A program made the translations under genes and the position numbers. Below the pieces are notes generated by a model. That model saw only the letters and a list, made by a program, of their open reading frames with translations, searched no databases and was not told the origin of the DNA. Positions 20,185 through 28,914 of a stretch of 64,000 nucleotides of DNA are shown here, piece after piece. Every line of letters begins with the position of its first letter. Positions within the stretch are counted from its first letter, which is position 1. Source of the stretch: Opitutia bacterium (GTDB lineage: Bacteria > Verrucomicrobiota > Verrucomicrobiia > Opitutales > Opitutaceae); assembly GCA_947478395.1 (NCBI GenBank), contig CANJVR010000001.1, positions 576,001-640,000 on the forward strand, given 5' to 3'.

Positions 20185-23124
20185 ATGAAACCACCCCTTC
20201 CTTTTATCCGCGATCTGTCCCTCCCGGCTCTCTTCATCGCCCTTGCCGCTAGCGCATCGGCCGCAGCCAGTGGCGGCAGCCCCACACCCGCCGCGGCAGC
20301 CCACGATCCGGAGTTTAGCAAAAACGTCGCTCCGCTCCTCCAAAAGTACTGCTACGAATGCCACGGGAACGGGAAGCACAAGGGCGACGTCAGCCTCGAT
20401 TCCGACCAGTCGCTGACCGACATTCACAAGAACGCGAAAAAGTGGGAAACCGTGATGGAGCTCGTGCACAAGCAGGAGATGCCGCCGGACGACGCATCCG
20501 CGCTGCCGAGCCAGGCGGAACGGGACGTAATCAGCAACTGGGTCGAGAAGGAACTGTTTCGCGTCGACCCCGCTAATCCCGATCCAGGTCGCGTTACGAT
20601 TCACCGGCTCAACCGCAACGAATACAACAACACCATCCGCGACTTGGTCGGCGTCGAATTTCAGCCGGCCGACGATTTCCCGGCGGATAATTCCGGCTAC
20701 GGGTTCGACAACATCAGCGACGTCCTGTCGTTGCCGCCCGTACTGATGGAAAAGTACCTCTCTGCCGCACGCCGCATCGTCGACGAGGCGATCCCCACCG
20801 AGCAACGCAAGACCCGCACGCAACGTTTCCGCGCGACCCTGATGGAAGTCGGATTCAACGCCGAGGGCGACCGCGGCGACGGCTTCATGCCGCTCGGTTC
20901 GCTCGAGGAAGACAATCTCGCGGTGCGCCTGCCGTTCGCCGCCGGCGATTATAAATTGCGCGTGAACGCTTTCGCGACGCCGAAGGGAAAATATGGTTCT
21001 TCGGACAAGTCCCTCGCCGAAAGGCCGATTATCATGACCTGCATGGTCGACGAGAGTATCTTGGGGGAAATCAAAGTTGCCGCGCCTGATGGAAAACCCG
21101 AAACGTACGAGTTGCGCATCAGTTTGCCCGCCGGGCGGCATCGCATCTCGGTCGTCAACCGGCATCTCCGCGGCGGCGAAAATGAACTGACATTGCGGAA
21201 CGGCCGCGTCGGCCCGCTCCAAGGCGGCACGATTTACGTCAATAACGTCGAAATCGAGGGGCCATTTCCAACCGCGACGGTCCGCGTACCGGCGAGCAAA
21301 CTTGAAGTCGTCGGCGACGGAAAATTCCTCCCGGAAGGCCCCCGGGTGCTCACGCACGAGGGTGAAGTCGCCATGAAACACAAGGTAGCGGCGGAGGGAG
21401 AATATATCCTGCGCGCCATGGCGTCCGCCCAACAAGCCGGACCGGAAACCGCGCGCATGGAATTCCGCGTCGACGGCAAACCGGTCCACACCTTTGACGT
21501 ACTCGCTGCCGCCAAACTCGCGACGCCGCCCGGACAACGCATCTTCTCAATGGTCCTGCTGAATGCGGCGCCGCAGGTCTACGAATTCCCCATCAAGCTG
21601 TCACCGGGCGAACATCGTTTCTCGGCCGCCTTCATCAATGATTTCGCCGACCCGGAAAACAAGAACCCGAATCTCCGCGATCGGAACCTCATCATTGACC
21701 ACCTCGAAATTGCCGGCCTGACCGAGCCCGCCCAACTTCCCGATCGGCCGGAGTTAATTCAGAAGCTCTTCGCAAAAGCGGCGACGCCCGCCGCCCCGAA
21801 GGGGATGTTCGCGCAGCTGTTTAACCGCACGCCCACGGCGCCAACCCAAGCCGAGCAAGCCCGCACGATTGTCAGCGAGTTCGCGCGCCGCGCATGGCGC
21901 CGCCCGGTTGAAACGCTCGAAGTCGACGAACTGATGCGCCTCTATAACGCGACGATCGAGGAAAAGGAATCGTTCGAAGCCGGCGTGAAACTCGCCCTGC
22001 AAGCCGTGTTGGTTTCGCCGCATTTTCTATTTCGCGGCGAGACGCCCGCAGCGGCGGCCGTAGCGGCCGCCTCCACGAGCCGGGCGCGCCCCATCGGCGA
22101 ATTCGCCCTCGCGTCCCGCCTTTCGTATTTTCTGTGGAGCAGCACGCCCGACGACGAGTTGCTCGACCTGGCGACGCGCGGACAACTCCGCAAAAACCTC
22201 GATGCGCAGGTGCACCGCATGCTCACGTCGCCCAAGGCCAGCGCGCTCGTCACGAATTTCGCGGGTCAATGGCTGGAGATTCGCAACCTGAAGTTTGCCG
22301 AGCCCGACAAAAAGCTATTCCCCGATTTCGACGACGGGTTGCGCTCATCGATGCGCGAGGAGACGGAACGGTTCTTCGACCACATCATGCGCCAGGATCG
22401 GAGCGTGCTCGATTTCCTCACGGCCGACTACTCGTTCATCAACGAGCGCCTCGCGAAACACTACGGGCTGCCCAACGTGACCGGGGAAAACTTCCGTCAG
22501 GTTTCGCTCGCCGGCACGCCCCGTCGCGGCGTGCTCACCCATGGTAGCGTCCTTACGATCACGTCGAACCCGACCCGCACCTCCCCCGTGAAGCGCGGCA
22601 AGTGGGTGCTGGAAGATTTGCTCGGCACGCCACCACCGCCGCCGCCGCCCAATGTCCCTAATCTGCAAAACGACGGCAAACCGGTCACCGGCAGCTTGCG
22701 CCACCAGATGGAAGAGCACCGGGCGAATCCCGTGTGCGCGTCGTGTCATTCGCGGATGGACCCGATCGGCTTCGGCTTGGAAAACTTCGACGCGATCGGA
22801 GCGTACCGCACGAAGGATGGAGAGTTCGACGTCGATGCCGGGGGCAAACTCAGTTCCGGCGAAACCTTCGCCACCGCCACTGAGCTCATCGGCATTCTTT
22901 CGGAAAAACGCCGCGAGAATTTCGTGCGCAACATTTCGGAGAAAATGCTGATTTATTCACTCGGTCGCGGCATCGAGCGCACCGACCGGCCCTCGGTCGA
23001 CAAGATCATGGCGCAAGTTTCTGCCCAGGGCTACCGTTTCTCCGACCTCGTGCTCGCCGTGGTGAAAAGCGTGCCTTTCGACCAGCAACGCACCGACGCC
23101 GGAGCCATGGCCGCGAACAACTAA
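20185..23124 (+). CDS. DUF1592-family protein (N-terminal Planctomycete cytochrome c; DUF1587/1595/1592/1588/1585) with inserted beta-sandwich/CBM-like modules
   Basis: CYECH and CASCH heme motifs, RLNRNEYNNTIRDL, ALASRLSYFLWSSTPD and RTSPVKRGKWVLE. Confidence 0.9.
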   Translation: MKPPLPFIRDLSLPALFIALAASASAAASGGSPTPAAAAHDPEFSKNVAPLLQKYCYECHGNGKHKGDVSLDSDQSLTDIHKNAKKWETVMELVHKQEMPPDDASALPSQAERDVISNWVEKELFRVDPANPDPGRVTIHRLNRNEYNNTIRDLVGVEFQPADDFPADNSGYGFDNISDVLSLPPVLMEKYLSAARRIVDEAIPTEQRKTRTQRFRATLMEVGFNAEGDRGDGFMPLGSLEEDNLAVRLPFAAGDYKLRVNAFATPKGKYGSSDKSLAERPIIMTCMVDESILGEIKVAAPDGKPETYELRISLPAGRHRISVVNRHLRGGENELTLRNGRVGPLQGGTIYVNNVEIEGPFPTATVRVPASKLEVVGDGKFLPEGPRVLTHEGEVAMKHKVAAEGEYILRAMASAQQAGPETARMEFRVDGKPVHTFDVLAAAKLATPPGQRIFSMVLLNAAPQVYEFPIKLSPGEHRFSAAFINDFADPENKNPNLRDRNLIIDHLEIAGLTEPAQLPDRPELIQKLFAKAATPAAPKGMFAQLFNRTPTAPTQAEQARTIVSEFARRAWRRPVETLEVDELMRLYNATIEEKESFEAGVKLALQAVLVSPHFLFRGETPAAAAVAAASTSRARPIGEFALASRLSYFLWSSTPDDELLDLATRGQLRKNLDAQVHRMLTSPKASALVTNFAGQWLEIRNLKFAEPDKKLFPDFDDGLRSSMREETERFFDHIMRQDRSVLDFLTADYSFINERLAKHYGLPNVTGENFRQVSLAGTPRRGVLTHGSVLTITSNPTRTSPVKRGKWVLEDLLGTPPPPPPPNVPNLQNDGKPVTGSLRHQMEEHRANPVCASCHSRMDPIGFGLENFDAIGAYRTKDGEFDVDAGGKLSSGETFATATELIGILSEKRRENFVRNISEKMLIYSLGRGIERTDRPSVDKIMAQVSAQGYRFSDLVLAVVKSVPFDQQRTDAGAMAANN

Positions 23125-23183
23125 GAGGGCGCGGGCCCACCGGGAATAGTCATTCTGAACACGCCTGATGAAACCCCGGATGG

Positions 23184-23252
23184 GTCGTTGCGAACCCGCT
23201 TCGCGGGCGTCGCAATCCACTGGACTGCTTCGTCGCTGCGCCGAGCCATGAC
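23184..23252. repeat. Degenerate GTCRTTGCGA...GCAATCC...TGCTTCGTCGC...ATGAC palindromic element
   Basis: Resembles a widespread bacterial intergenic palindromic repeat class; recognised from memory. Confidence 0.5.
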
Positions 23253-23297
23253 CGCGAAGACCTGTCCGCGGTTCACCGAGCTTCGCTTCTCCAGCCC

Positions 23298-25316
23298 ATG
23301 AATAAAATCCTCCTCGCTTCCCTGCTCGTCGCGACGTCCTTCGCGCAGCCCATCAACGAAGCGTTGCCGTTTGCCGGTGCACCGCGGGTCGGCGCGAACG
23401 ACACGGTGCCACCACCAGCGCCCGTCTCGCCAACCGACGAACAGCTAAAAACCATCAAGGCGAAACTGGCCGAGTTCCGGGTCGCTCTAGCGGCGTTGCA
23501 AGCGGCCGGCGTCAAGGACGACCTGGTCGTGGACGCCGAGTCCTACGGCTGGGTGGTCGAGAATGTGGTGCGCGTCCCCGGCGGATTCATCGACGCACCC
23601 TCCATCGGTAAATGCGTTACCATCCTCAACGACGGTCTGCGCCGCATCGCCGACATCAAGGCCGGCACCGCCGCGTGGCCGACGAACAAAGGCCGCGTCA
23701 ATCGCGCCTATCGGTCTGCGGTCGACGGGACCGCGCAGCCTTACCGTCTCAGCATTCCCGCGTCCTACGATCCGGCGAAGCCGATCGCGCTCTACGTATA
23801 TCTTCACGGACGCAGTCACGATACACCCGACCTCGGCCTCACCTGGGTCGGCGGCAACGATAACGCCAGCGGCAACAACGGCGGAGGTGGTGGCGGCGCG
23901 CGCAATTATATGCGCGTCGATGCTTTCGGCCGCGGCAACAACTCCTTCCGCTGGGCCGGCGAAACCGACATCTTCGAGGTCATCGCTTCGATCAGCCAGC
24001 GCTACAACATCGACCCGAATCGCATCCTGCTCGCCGGATTTTCCATGGGCGGCGCGGGTTCGTGGCAGGTGGGCCTGAACAACGCGGATATGTTCTGCGG
24101 ACTCGAAATCGACGCCGGCGTCATCGGCAACCGCCTCAACACGGCAGGCCTCACGCCCGCGCAAAAGGCCGCGAACAGCACCTATGGCCTCGTGATTCCC
24201 CATGCCCTGAACGTTTTCAACATCCCGCTCGTCGGCTACGCCGGCGCCAACGATGCGCAGCTCGCCTCGTCCACCAGCATCCGCGAGCAACTCGGGCGCG
24301 AAGGCTTCACCATCGAGCGCACCGGCCAGTACCGTTTCACCGGCAAAGATATCAACGCCCTCTTTCTCGCGAATCCCGGCCAGGGACATTCCCACGCCAC
24401 GGGTGAGACGGCGGCGCAGATCGACCAATTCACCGCCGACAATTTTGCGCGCGGTCGCGTCGTGCCTGATCATATTCGCTTCGTCACTTACACGACGCGC
24501 TACAACCGCAGCCATTGGGTAACGGTCGACGGCCTGCAGCAGCATTTCGAGCGCGCCGACGTGGATGCTCAGCGCGATGCAACCAAGGCCACCTACACCG
24601 TGAAGACCACCAATGTCTCCCGGCTGATACTGACCGATACCGCCACCGCGCAGAAAATTTCGATCGACGGCGACACGCTCAACGTGAAATCCGCCGCGAG
24701 CCTGCTGCTCGTCCGCAACGCCGGTGGTCACTGGCAAACGGCGACCGCGACCGCCGATACCGGCCTGCGCAAACAGCATAACCTCCAAGGCCCGATCACC
24801 GATGCGTTCTTCGATTCGTTCCTTTGCGTGAGCCCGACCGGCCAGGCCTTCAACGCCCTTGCCGCCGAACGCGGCCAGCAGGAGCAGGCGCGATTCGCGG
24901 CCATGTTCGCGCGCGATTTCTGCGGCGAAGCGCGGTCGAAAAACGATACCGCGATCAATGCCGCGGACATCGCCGCCAACAATCTCGTGCTCTTCGGCGA
25001 CCCCGGCAGTAACAAGGTGCTCGCCCAGATTGCGGCAAAACTTCCGATTCAGTGGACCAAGGACAGCATCAAGGTCGGCGGCAAAACCTACCGCGCCGCC
25101 GAGCACGTGCCCGTTTTGATTTACCCGAATCCGCTTAATCCAAAACGCTACGTGGTCATCAACGCCGGGCTCCCCGCTCAAACGCGAGGCGCGGCCGGAT
25201 TTGGTGATTACGCCGTCTTGAAATTAACCCGACAAGCCGATGGCCAGCTCACAACCGAGACGGCCGACGAAGGCGTTTTCGACGAATCCTGGCAGCTGCC
25301 CGCCGCGAAAATTTGA
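23298..25316 (+). CDS. Secreted alpha/beta hydrolase (prolyl-oligopeptidase/esterase-like)
   Basis: YLHGR, GFSMGG nucleophile elbow and GQGHS; C-terminal NLVLFGDPGSN...NPLNPKRYVVIN domain. Confidence 0.82.
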   Translation: MNKILLASLLVATSFAQPINEALPFAGAPRVGANDTVPPPAPVSPTDEQLKTIKAKLAEFRVALAALQAAGVKDDLVVDAESYGWVVENVVRVPGGFIDAPSIGKCVTILNDGLRRIADIKAGTAAWPTNKGRVNRAYRSAVDGTAQPYRLSIPASYDPAKPIALYVYLHGRSHDTPDLGLTWVGGNDNASGNNGGGGGGARNYMRVDAFGRGNNSFRWAGETDIFEVIASISQRYNIDPNRILLAGFSMGGAGSWQVGLNNADMFCGLEIDAGVIGNRLNTAGLTPAQKAANSTYGLVIPHALNVFNIPLVGYAGANDAQLASSTSIREQLGREGFTIERTGQYRFTGKDINALFLANPGQGHSHATGETAAQIDQFTADNFARGRVVPDHIRFVTYTTRYNRSHWVTVDGLQQHFERADVDAQRDATKATYTVKTTNVSRLILTDTATAQKISIDGDTLNVKSAASLLLVRNAGGHWQTATATADTGLRKQHNLQGPITDAFFDSFLCVSPTGQAFNALAAERGQQEQARFAAMFARDFCGEARSKNDTAINAADIAANNLVLFGDPGSNKVLAQIAAKLPIQWTKDSIKVGGKTYRAAEHVPVLIYPNPLNPKRYVVINAGLPAQTRGAAGFGDYAVLKLTRQADGQLTTETADEGVFDESWQLPAAKI

Positions 25317-25415
25317 CTGGTCTCTCCTTTTGCAGATCGCGATTTTCTCTCTAATCACCACATTTCGATTCATTCCTTTACGCGCTTCAAGCCCCACCAC
25401 CACCCCCATCCTCCC

Positions 25416-26774
25416 ATGAACAAGAACTGGCAAATTCCCCGTCGTACTTTTCTCCGCGGTATGGGCACCGCGATCGCCCTCCCCGTCCTCGATGCCATGC
25501 TGCCGTCCACGCGCGCCCTCGGCGCGGTGACCGGCGGGGCGGCTCCCGGCGCATTTCCAAAACGCATGGCCTTCATCTACGTGCCGAACGGCATGAACAT
25601 GGCCAAGTGGACGCCCACCGGTGAAGGCACGGATTACGAGCTCTCGCCCTCGCTCGAACCGCTCGCCGCGCACAAGGCCGACTTCAACGTCATCAGCGGC
25701 CTCGCGCAGCGCAAAGCGTTCGGCAATGGCGACGGCGGCGGCGATCACGCCCGCGCCTCAGCCACGTTTTTGACCGGCTGCCAGGCCAAGAAATCGGCGT
25801 CGGATATTCACATCGGCATTTCCGTCGATCAGGTCGCGGCCAATGTGATGGGTGATCAGACGCGTTTCCCGTCGCTCGAGCTGAGTTGCGATCGCGGTCA
25901 GGAAGCTGGGTCCTGCGACTCCGGCTACAGCTGCGCGTACCAGTTTAATATCTCCTGGCGCTCCGAGTCTCAGCCCATGAATCCCGAGATCGAACCGAAG
26001 GCCGCCTTCGACCGACTCTTCGGCAAAGGCTCACCCGATGAAACTCAGGAAGCCCGCCTGCGCCGCGAACGCCAGAGCAAGAGCGTGCTCGATCTCGTGC
26101 TCGATCAGACCCGCCGGCTCCAACGAAATCTCGGTTCGAACGACAAACAAAAGCTCGACGAATATCTGACCGCGATTCGCGAAGTGGAAAAACGCATCGA
26201 GCAAAACGGCCGCATGCCTCCGACCGTGCCCGCGGGCGCGGTGGGCGACATGGAAGCCAACTACACCTTCGAGCAGCACATGAAGCTGATGTTCGATTTG
26301 ATGACGTTGTCGTTCCAAACCGACAGCACGCGCATCGCCAGCTTCCTGGTGTCGCACGACGGCGGCAACCGGCCGTATCCTTTCGCGGGCGTGCCCTCCG
26401 GCCACCATTCGATGTCCCACCACGGCAACAACGCCGACAAGCTCGCGTCGCTCGCCAAGATCGATCGCTGGCACACGCAGCAGTTCGCGTATTTTCTGGA
26501 GAAACTGAAGTCGGTAAAAGAAGGCAACGGCACGCTGCTCGACAATAGCATGATCGTGTTCGGCGCCGGCATCAGCGATCCGAACGCGCATTTGCACGAC
26601 AATCTCCCGACGATCGTCGCCGGTCGCGGCGGCGGCACGATCACGTCCGGCCGTCACATCAAGCTGGCGAACGAAACGCCGACGGCAAACCTCCACCTCT
26701 CGTTGCTCGACCGCATGGGCGCACCGCAGGAGCGCTTCGCGGACAGCACGGGTCGGTTGGAAGTGATCGCCTGA
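25416..26774 (+). CDS. DUF1552 family protein (Tat signal), usual partner of DUF1592
   Basis: PRRTFLRGMG..IALPVLDAM, PKRMAFIYVPNG, CDSGYSCAY and GTLLDNSMIVFG. Confidence 0.92.
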   Translation: MNKNWQIPRRTFLRGMGTAIALPVLDAMLPSTRALGAVTGGAAPGAFPKRMAFIYVPNGMNMAKWTPTGEGTDYELSPSLEPLAAHKADFNVISGLAQRKAFGNGDGGGDHARASATFLTGCQAKKSASDIHIGISVDQVAANVMGDQTRFPSLELSCDRGQEAGSCDSGYSCAYQFNISWRSESQPMNPEIEPKAAFDRLFGKGSPDETQEARLRRERQSKSVLDLVLDQTRRLQRNLGSNDKQKLDEYLTAIREVEKRIEQNGRMPPTVPAGAVGDMEANYTFEQHMKLMFDLMTLSFQTDSTRIASFLVSHDGGNRPYPFAGVPSGHHSMSHHGNNADKLASLAKIDRWHTQQFAYFLEKLKSVKEGNGTLLDNSMIVFGAGISDPNAHLHDNLPTIVAGRGGGTITSGRHIKLANETPTANLHLSLLDRMGAPQERFADSTGRLEVIA

Positions 26775-26836
26775 CCCCACCCGTCGCTTCGCGCCACCCC
26801 TCTTTCAAGAGGGGACCGGCGTCTGATTTCACCTTG

Positions 26837-26940
26837 AGCGCGGTTTAAGCTTTTCCGCGGCCGACTCGTGCAGCGGCCGGTGTCGCTGCCTGCCGGCTTC
26901 GGCGTCCTCGTAGCGGTTATGCTTTGGGTTAAACCGCGCT
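26837..26940. repeat. Palindromic element copy 2 with 12-bp terminal IR AGCGCGGTTTAA/TTAAACCGCGCT
   Basis: Visible terminal inverted repeat, between convergent genes. Confidence 0.7.
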
Positions 26941-26979
26941 AGAGACGGAGGAGGCCCCGCCGGGCGGGGCTTTTCGCGT

Positions 26980-28023
26980 TTACTTCGCCTCGGTCTTGCC
27001 CGCGCCCGGCACCTCGTCGCGCCAGATCCAGCGCAATGTCTGCGGGAAAATCGATCCGCCGTGTTTGCTGCCGTGGACGCCGTGACCGAGGACATATTGC
27101 ACGTCGTAGAGTTTACTCGTGAGCGCTTCGCTCAGCAGGCGGTTCTGCAGAAACCAGTCCCGCTCCGGCGAAGCTGGGCTCCGATTATCGTAAATGCCGT
27201 CCTGCAGATGAATCCGAAGCGGCTTGGGCTCGGAGTCGCGGACGATCTGGGGGTAGACGTGGCCGCCCTTGATATTCGTGAAGCTGCCGACGTCGCTGAT
27301 CACTTTGCCGAACCAGTCGGGGTGATTCCAAGCGACGGTAAACGCGCAGATCGCGCCTGAGCTGATGCCACCGATACAGCGGCCCGCGGCGTCCTTGCGG
27401 ATGTTATATTTCTTCTCGATCGGCGGCAGGATTTCCTGCGCGAGGAACTGGGAATAGTTATCTGCGACCGAATCGTACTCGACGCTGCGGTTGTTGAAAT
27501 CAGGCCGGCCATTCGCATCGATCGCGGTGCTGCCGGGATTGATGAACACCGTAATAATCACCGGCAGTTCTTTCCGCGCGATCAAGTTGTCGAGGACGTT
27601 GGGCGTGGCGTACTCGAACGTCTGCCGGGCGCGATCGCCGGCGGCCGTCTTTTCCCGCGCGGCGTACTGGCGGGGTCCATCCTGCAACACCATCAAACAC
27701 GCTGGCACCTTCGGGTCGTACTGCGCCGGAACGTAGATCCAAACTTCGCGCACCGTCTTCGGAAAAATCTCACTCTTGTCCCAAATATATTTCTCCCACG
27801 TGCCCTGCGGCACGCCGGGATAAACCATCGAGTCGGGTCCGAGCACGTAATTATCCGCGCCAGCCGGTGCCTGCGGGCGCGCAGCCCGGCCACCGCCGGG
27901 CGCAGCCGGAGTTACCGCCGGAGTCGCGGCTGCGGGCGCAGCGATGGGCGCAGGATCGGCGGCAAAGCCAGCCGCGGCAGAGGCAAGAGCAAGAAGCAAA
28001 CAACGAATCGAAGTGATCTTCAT
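26980..28023 (-). CDS. Putative esterase (Fes/enterochelin esterase-like alpha/beta hydrolase), secreted
   Basis: REVWIYVPAQY, GGISSGA elbow and VGSFTNIKGGH. Start MKITSIRCLLL gives a signal peptide. Confidence 0.85.
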   Translation of the reverse strand: MKITSIRCLLLALASAAAGFAADPAPIAAPAAATPAVTPAAPGGGRAARPQAPAGADNYVLGPDSMVYPGVPQGTWEKYIWDKSEIFPKTVREVWIYVPAQYDPKVPACLMVLQDGPRQYAAREKTAAGDRARQTFEYATPNVLDNLIARKELPVIITVFINPGSTAIDANGRPDFNNRSVEYDSVADNYSQFLAQEILPPIEKKYNIRKDAAGRCIGGISSGAICAFTVAWNHPDWFGKVISDVGSFTNIKGGHVYPQIVRDSEPKPLRIHLQDGIYDNRSPASPERDWFLQNRLLSEALTSKLYDVQYVLGHGVHGSKHGGSIFPQTLRWIWRDEVPGAGKTEAK

Positions 28024-28197
28024 GGGAGGGGTAGACGGAAAGCTACGCATGCTCGGCGGCAGTGAAAGGTGTTTCGCGCCTGGCGAAGTCGATCCGTCCG
28101 AGCGTTCCCAGGCGTTGCCACAATAGTGTTTCCAAGTTTTAGCTGACGCCCAAGCTCGCGCACGTTTTCGCTTTCTAAATCGTCCCACAAATCTGCC

Positions 28198-28605
28198 ATG
28201 CAACTTACACAATCCCTGCTTCTTCTCGTCGTCTCGCTCGCGATTTCCCCCTTTGCCCGGGCCGCTGATCTCGCCGGCAAATGGACCGCTGAATTCGACA
28301 CCCAGATTGGCGTCCAAAAATACGTCTACGAATTTAAGGAGGAAGCCGCCAAGCTCACCGGCAAGGCGACGTACGAGAACCCGATGGGCAAGGGCGACCT
28401 CGTGCTCAAGGACGTTCAGGCGAGCGGCGACGACGTCACGTTCGCCGAGGCGATGAAATTTAACGACATGGAAGTGACAATCACCTACAAAGGGAAACTC
28501 AAGGGCGACGAACTGACGCTGACGCGCACCGTCGGTGATTTTGCCACCGAACAACTCGTGGCCAAACGCGCGAAGGCCCCGGCGGCCGCTCCGACGAAGC
28601 CCTGA
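28198..28605 (+). CDS. Small secreted beta-rich hypothetical protein
   Basis: Signal peptide then AADLAGKWTAEFDTQIG; GC3-rich codons typical of real genes here. Confidence 0.8.
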   Translation: MQLTQSLLLLVVSLAISPFARAADLAGKWTAEFDTQIGVQKYVYEFKEEAAKLTGKATYENPMGKGDLVLKDVQASGDDVTFAEAMKFNDMEVTITYKGKLKGDELTLTRTVGDFATEQLVAKRAKAPAAAPTKP

Positions 28606-28776
28606 TCCGTGATTCCCCGCGGGGGAACAGACGAAACGCGGAGGTATGGCGGCGAAAGCAGTTCCCCCCGCCCTGCGGGCACCCTGCTCGAGACAAGGGA
28701 GTAATTCATAGTCTCCTCTCGGCGAGTGGGCGCGAAGCGACGGAGGTCTTCGATCACCCCGGACGCTCTTAATCTT

Positions 28777-28913
28777 TAGGGCGATTAACGTTTTCCCGAT
28801 ACCGTTCTGTGTAGCGGCACGCGTCTCTGCCGGCCGAAACGAAGACGCGGAACCCGGCAGGCAGGGACGCCTGCCGCCACGTTGTTAACGGCTACGCTTT
28901 CGGTTAAACTCTA
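28777..28913. repeat. Palindromic element copy 3 with nested GTAG-type REP (28811-28880)
   Basis: GATTAAC...AACGGCTACGCTTTCGGTTAAAC enclosing GTAGCGGCACGCGTCTCTGCC...GGCAGGGACGCCTGCCGCCAC. Confidence 0.7.
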
Positions 28914-28914
28914 C

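Noticed and set aside
23164..23195. CTGATGA followed by a hairpin (hammerhead-like)
   Set aside because: The GAAA core strand is missing, and the region overlaps a palindromic repeat.
28609..28675. GTGATTCCCCGCGGGGGAAC resembling a type I-E CRISPR repeat
   Set aside because: Single copy with no spacers or cas genes. It is better explained as an intergenic hairpin.
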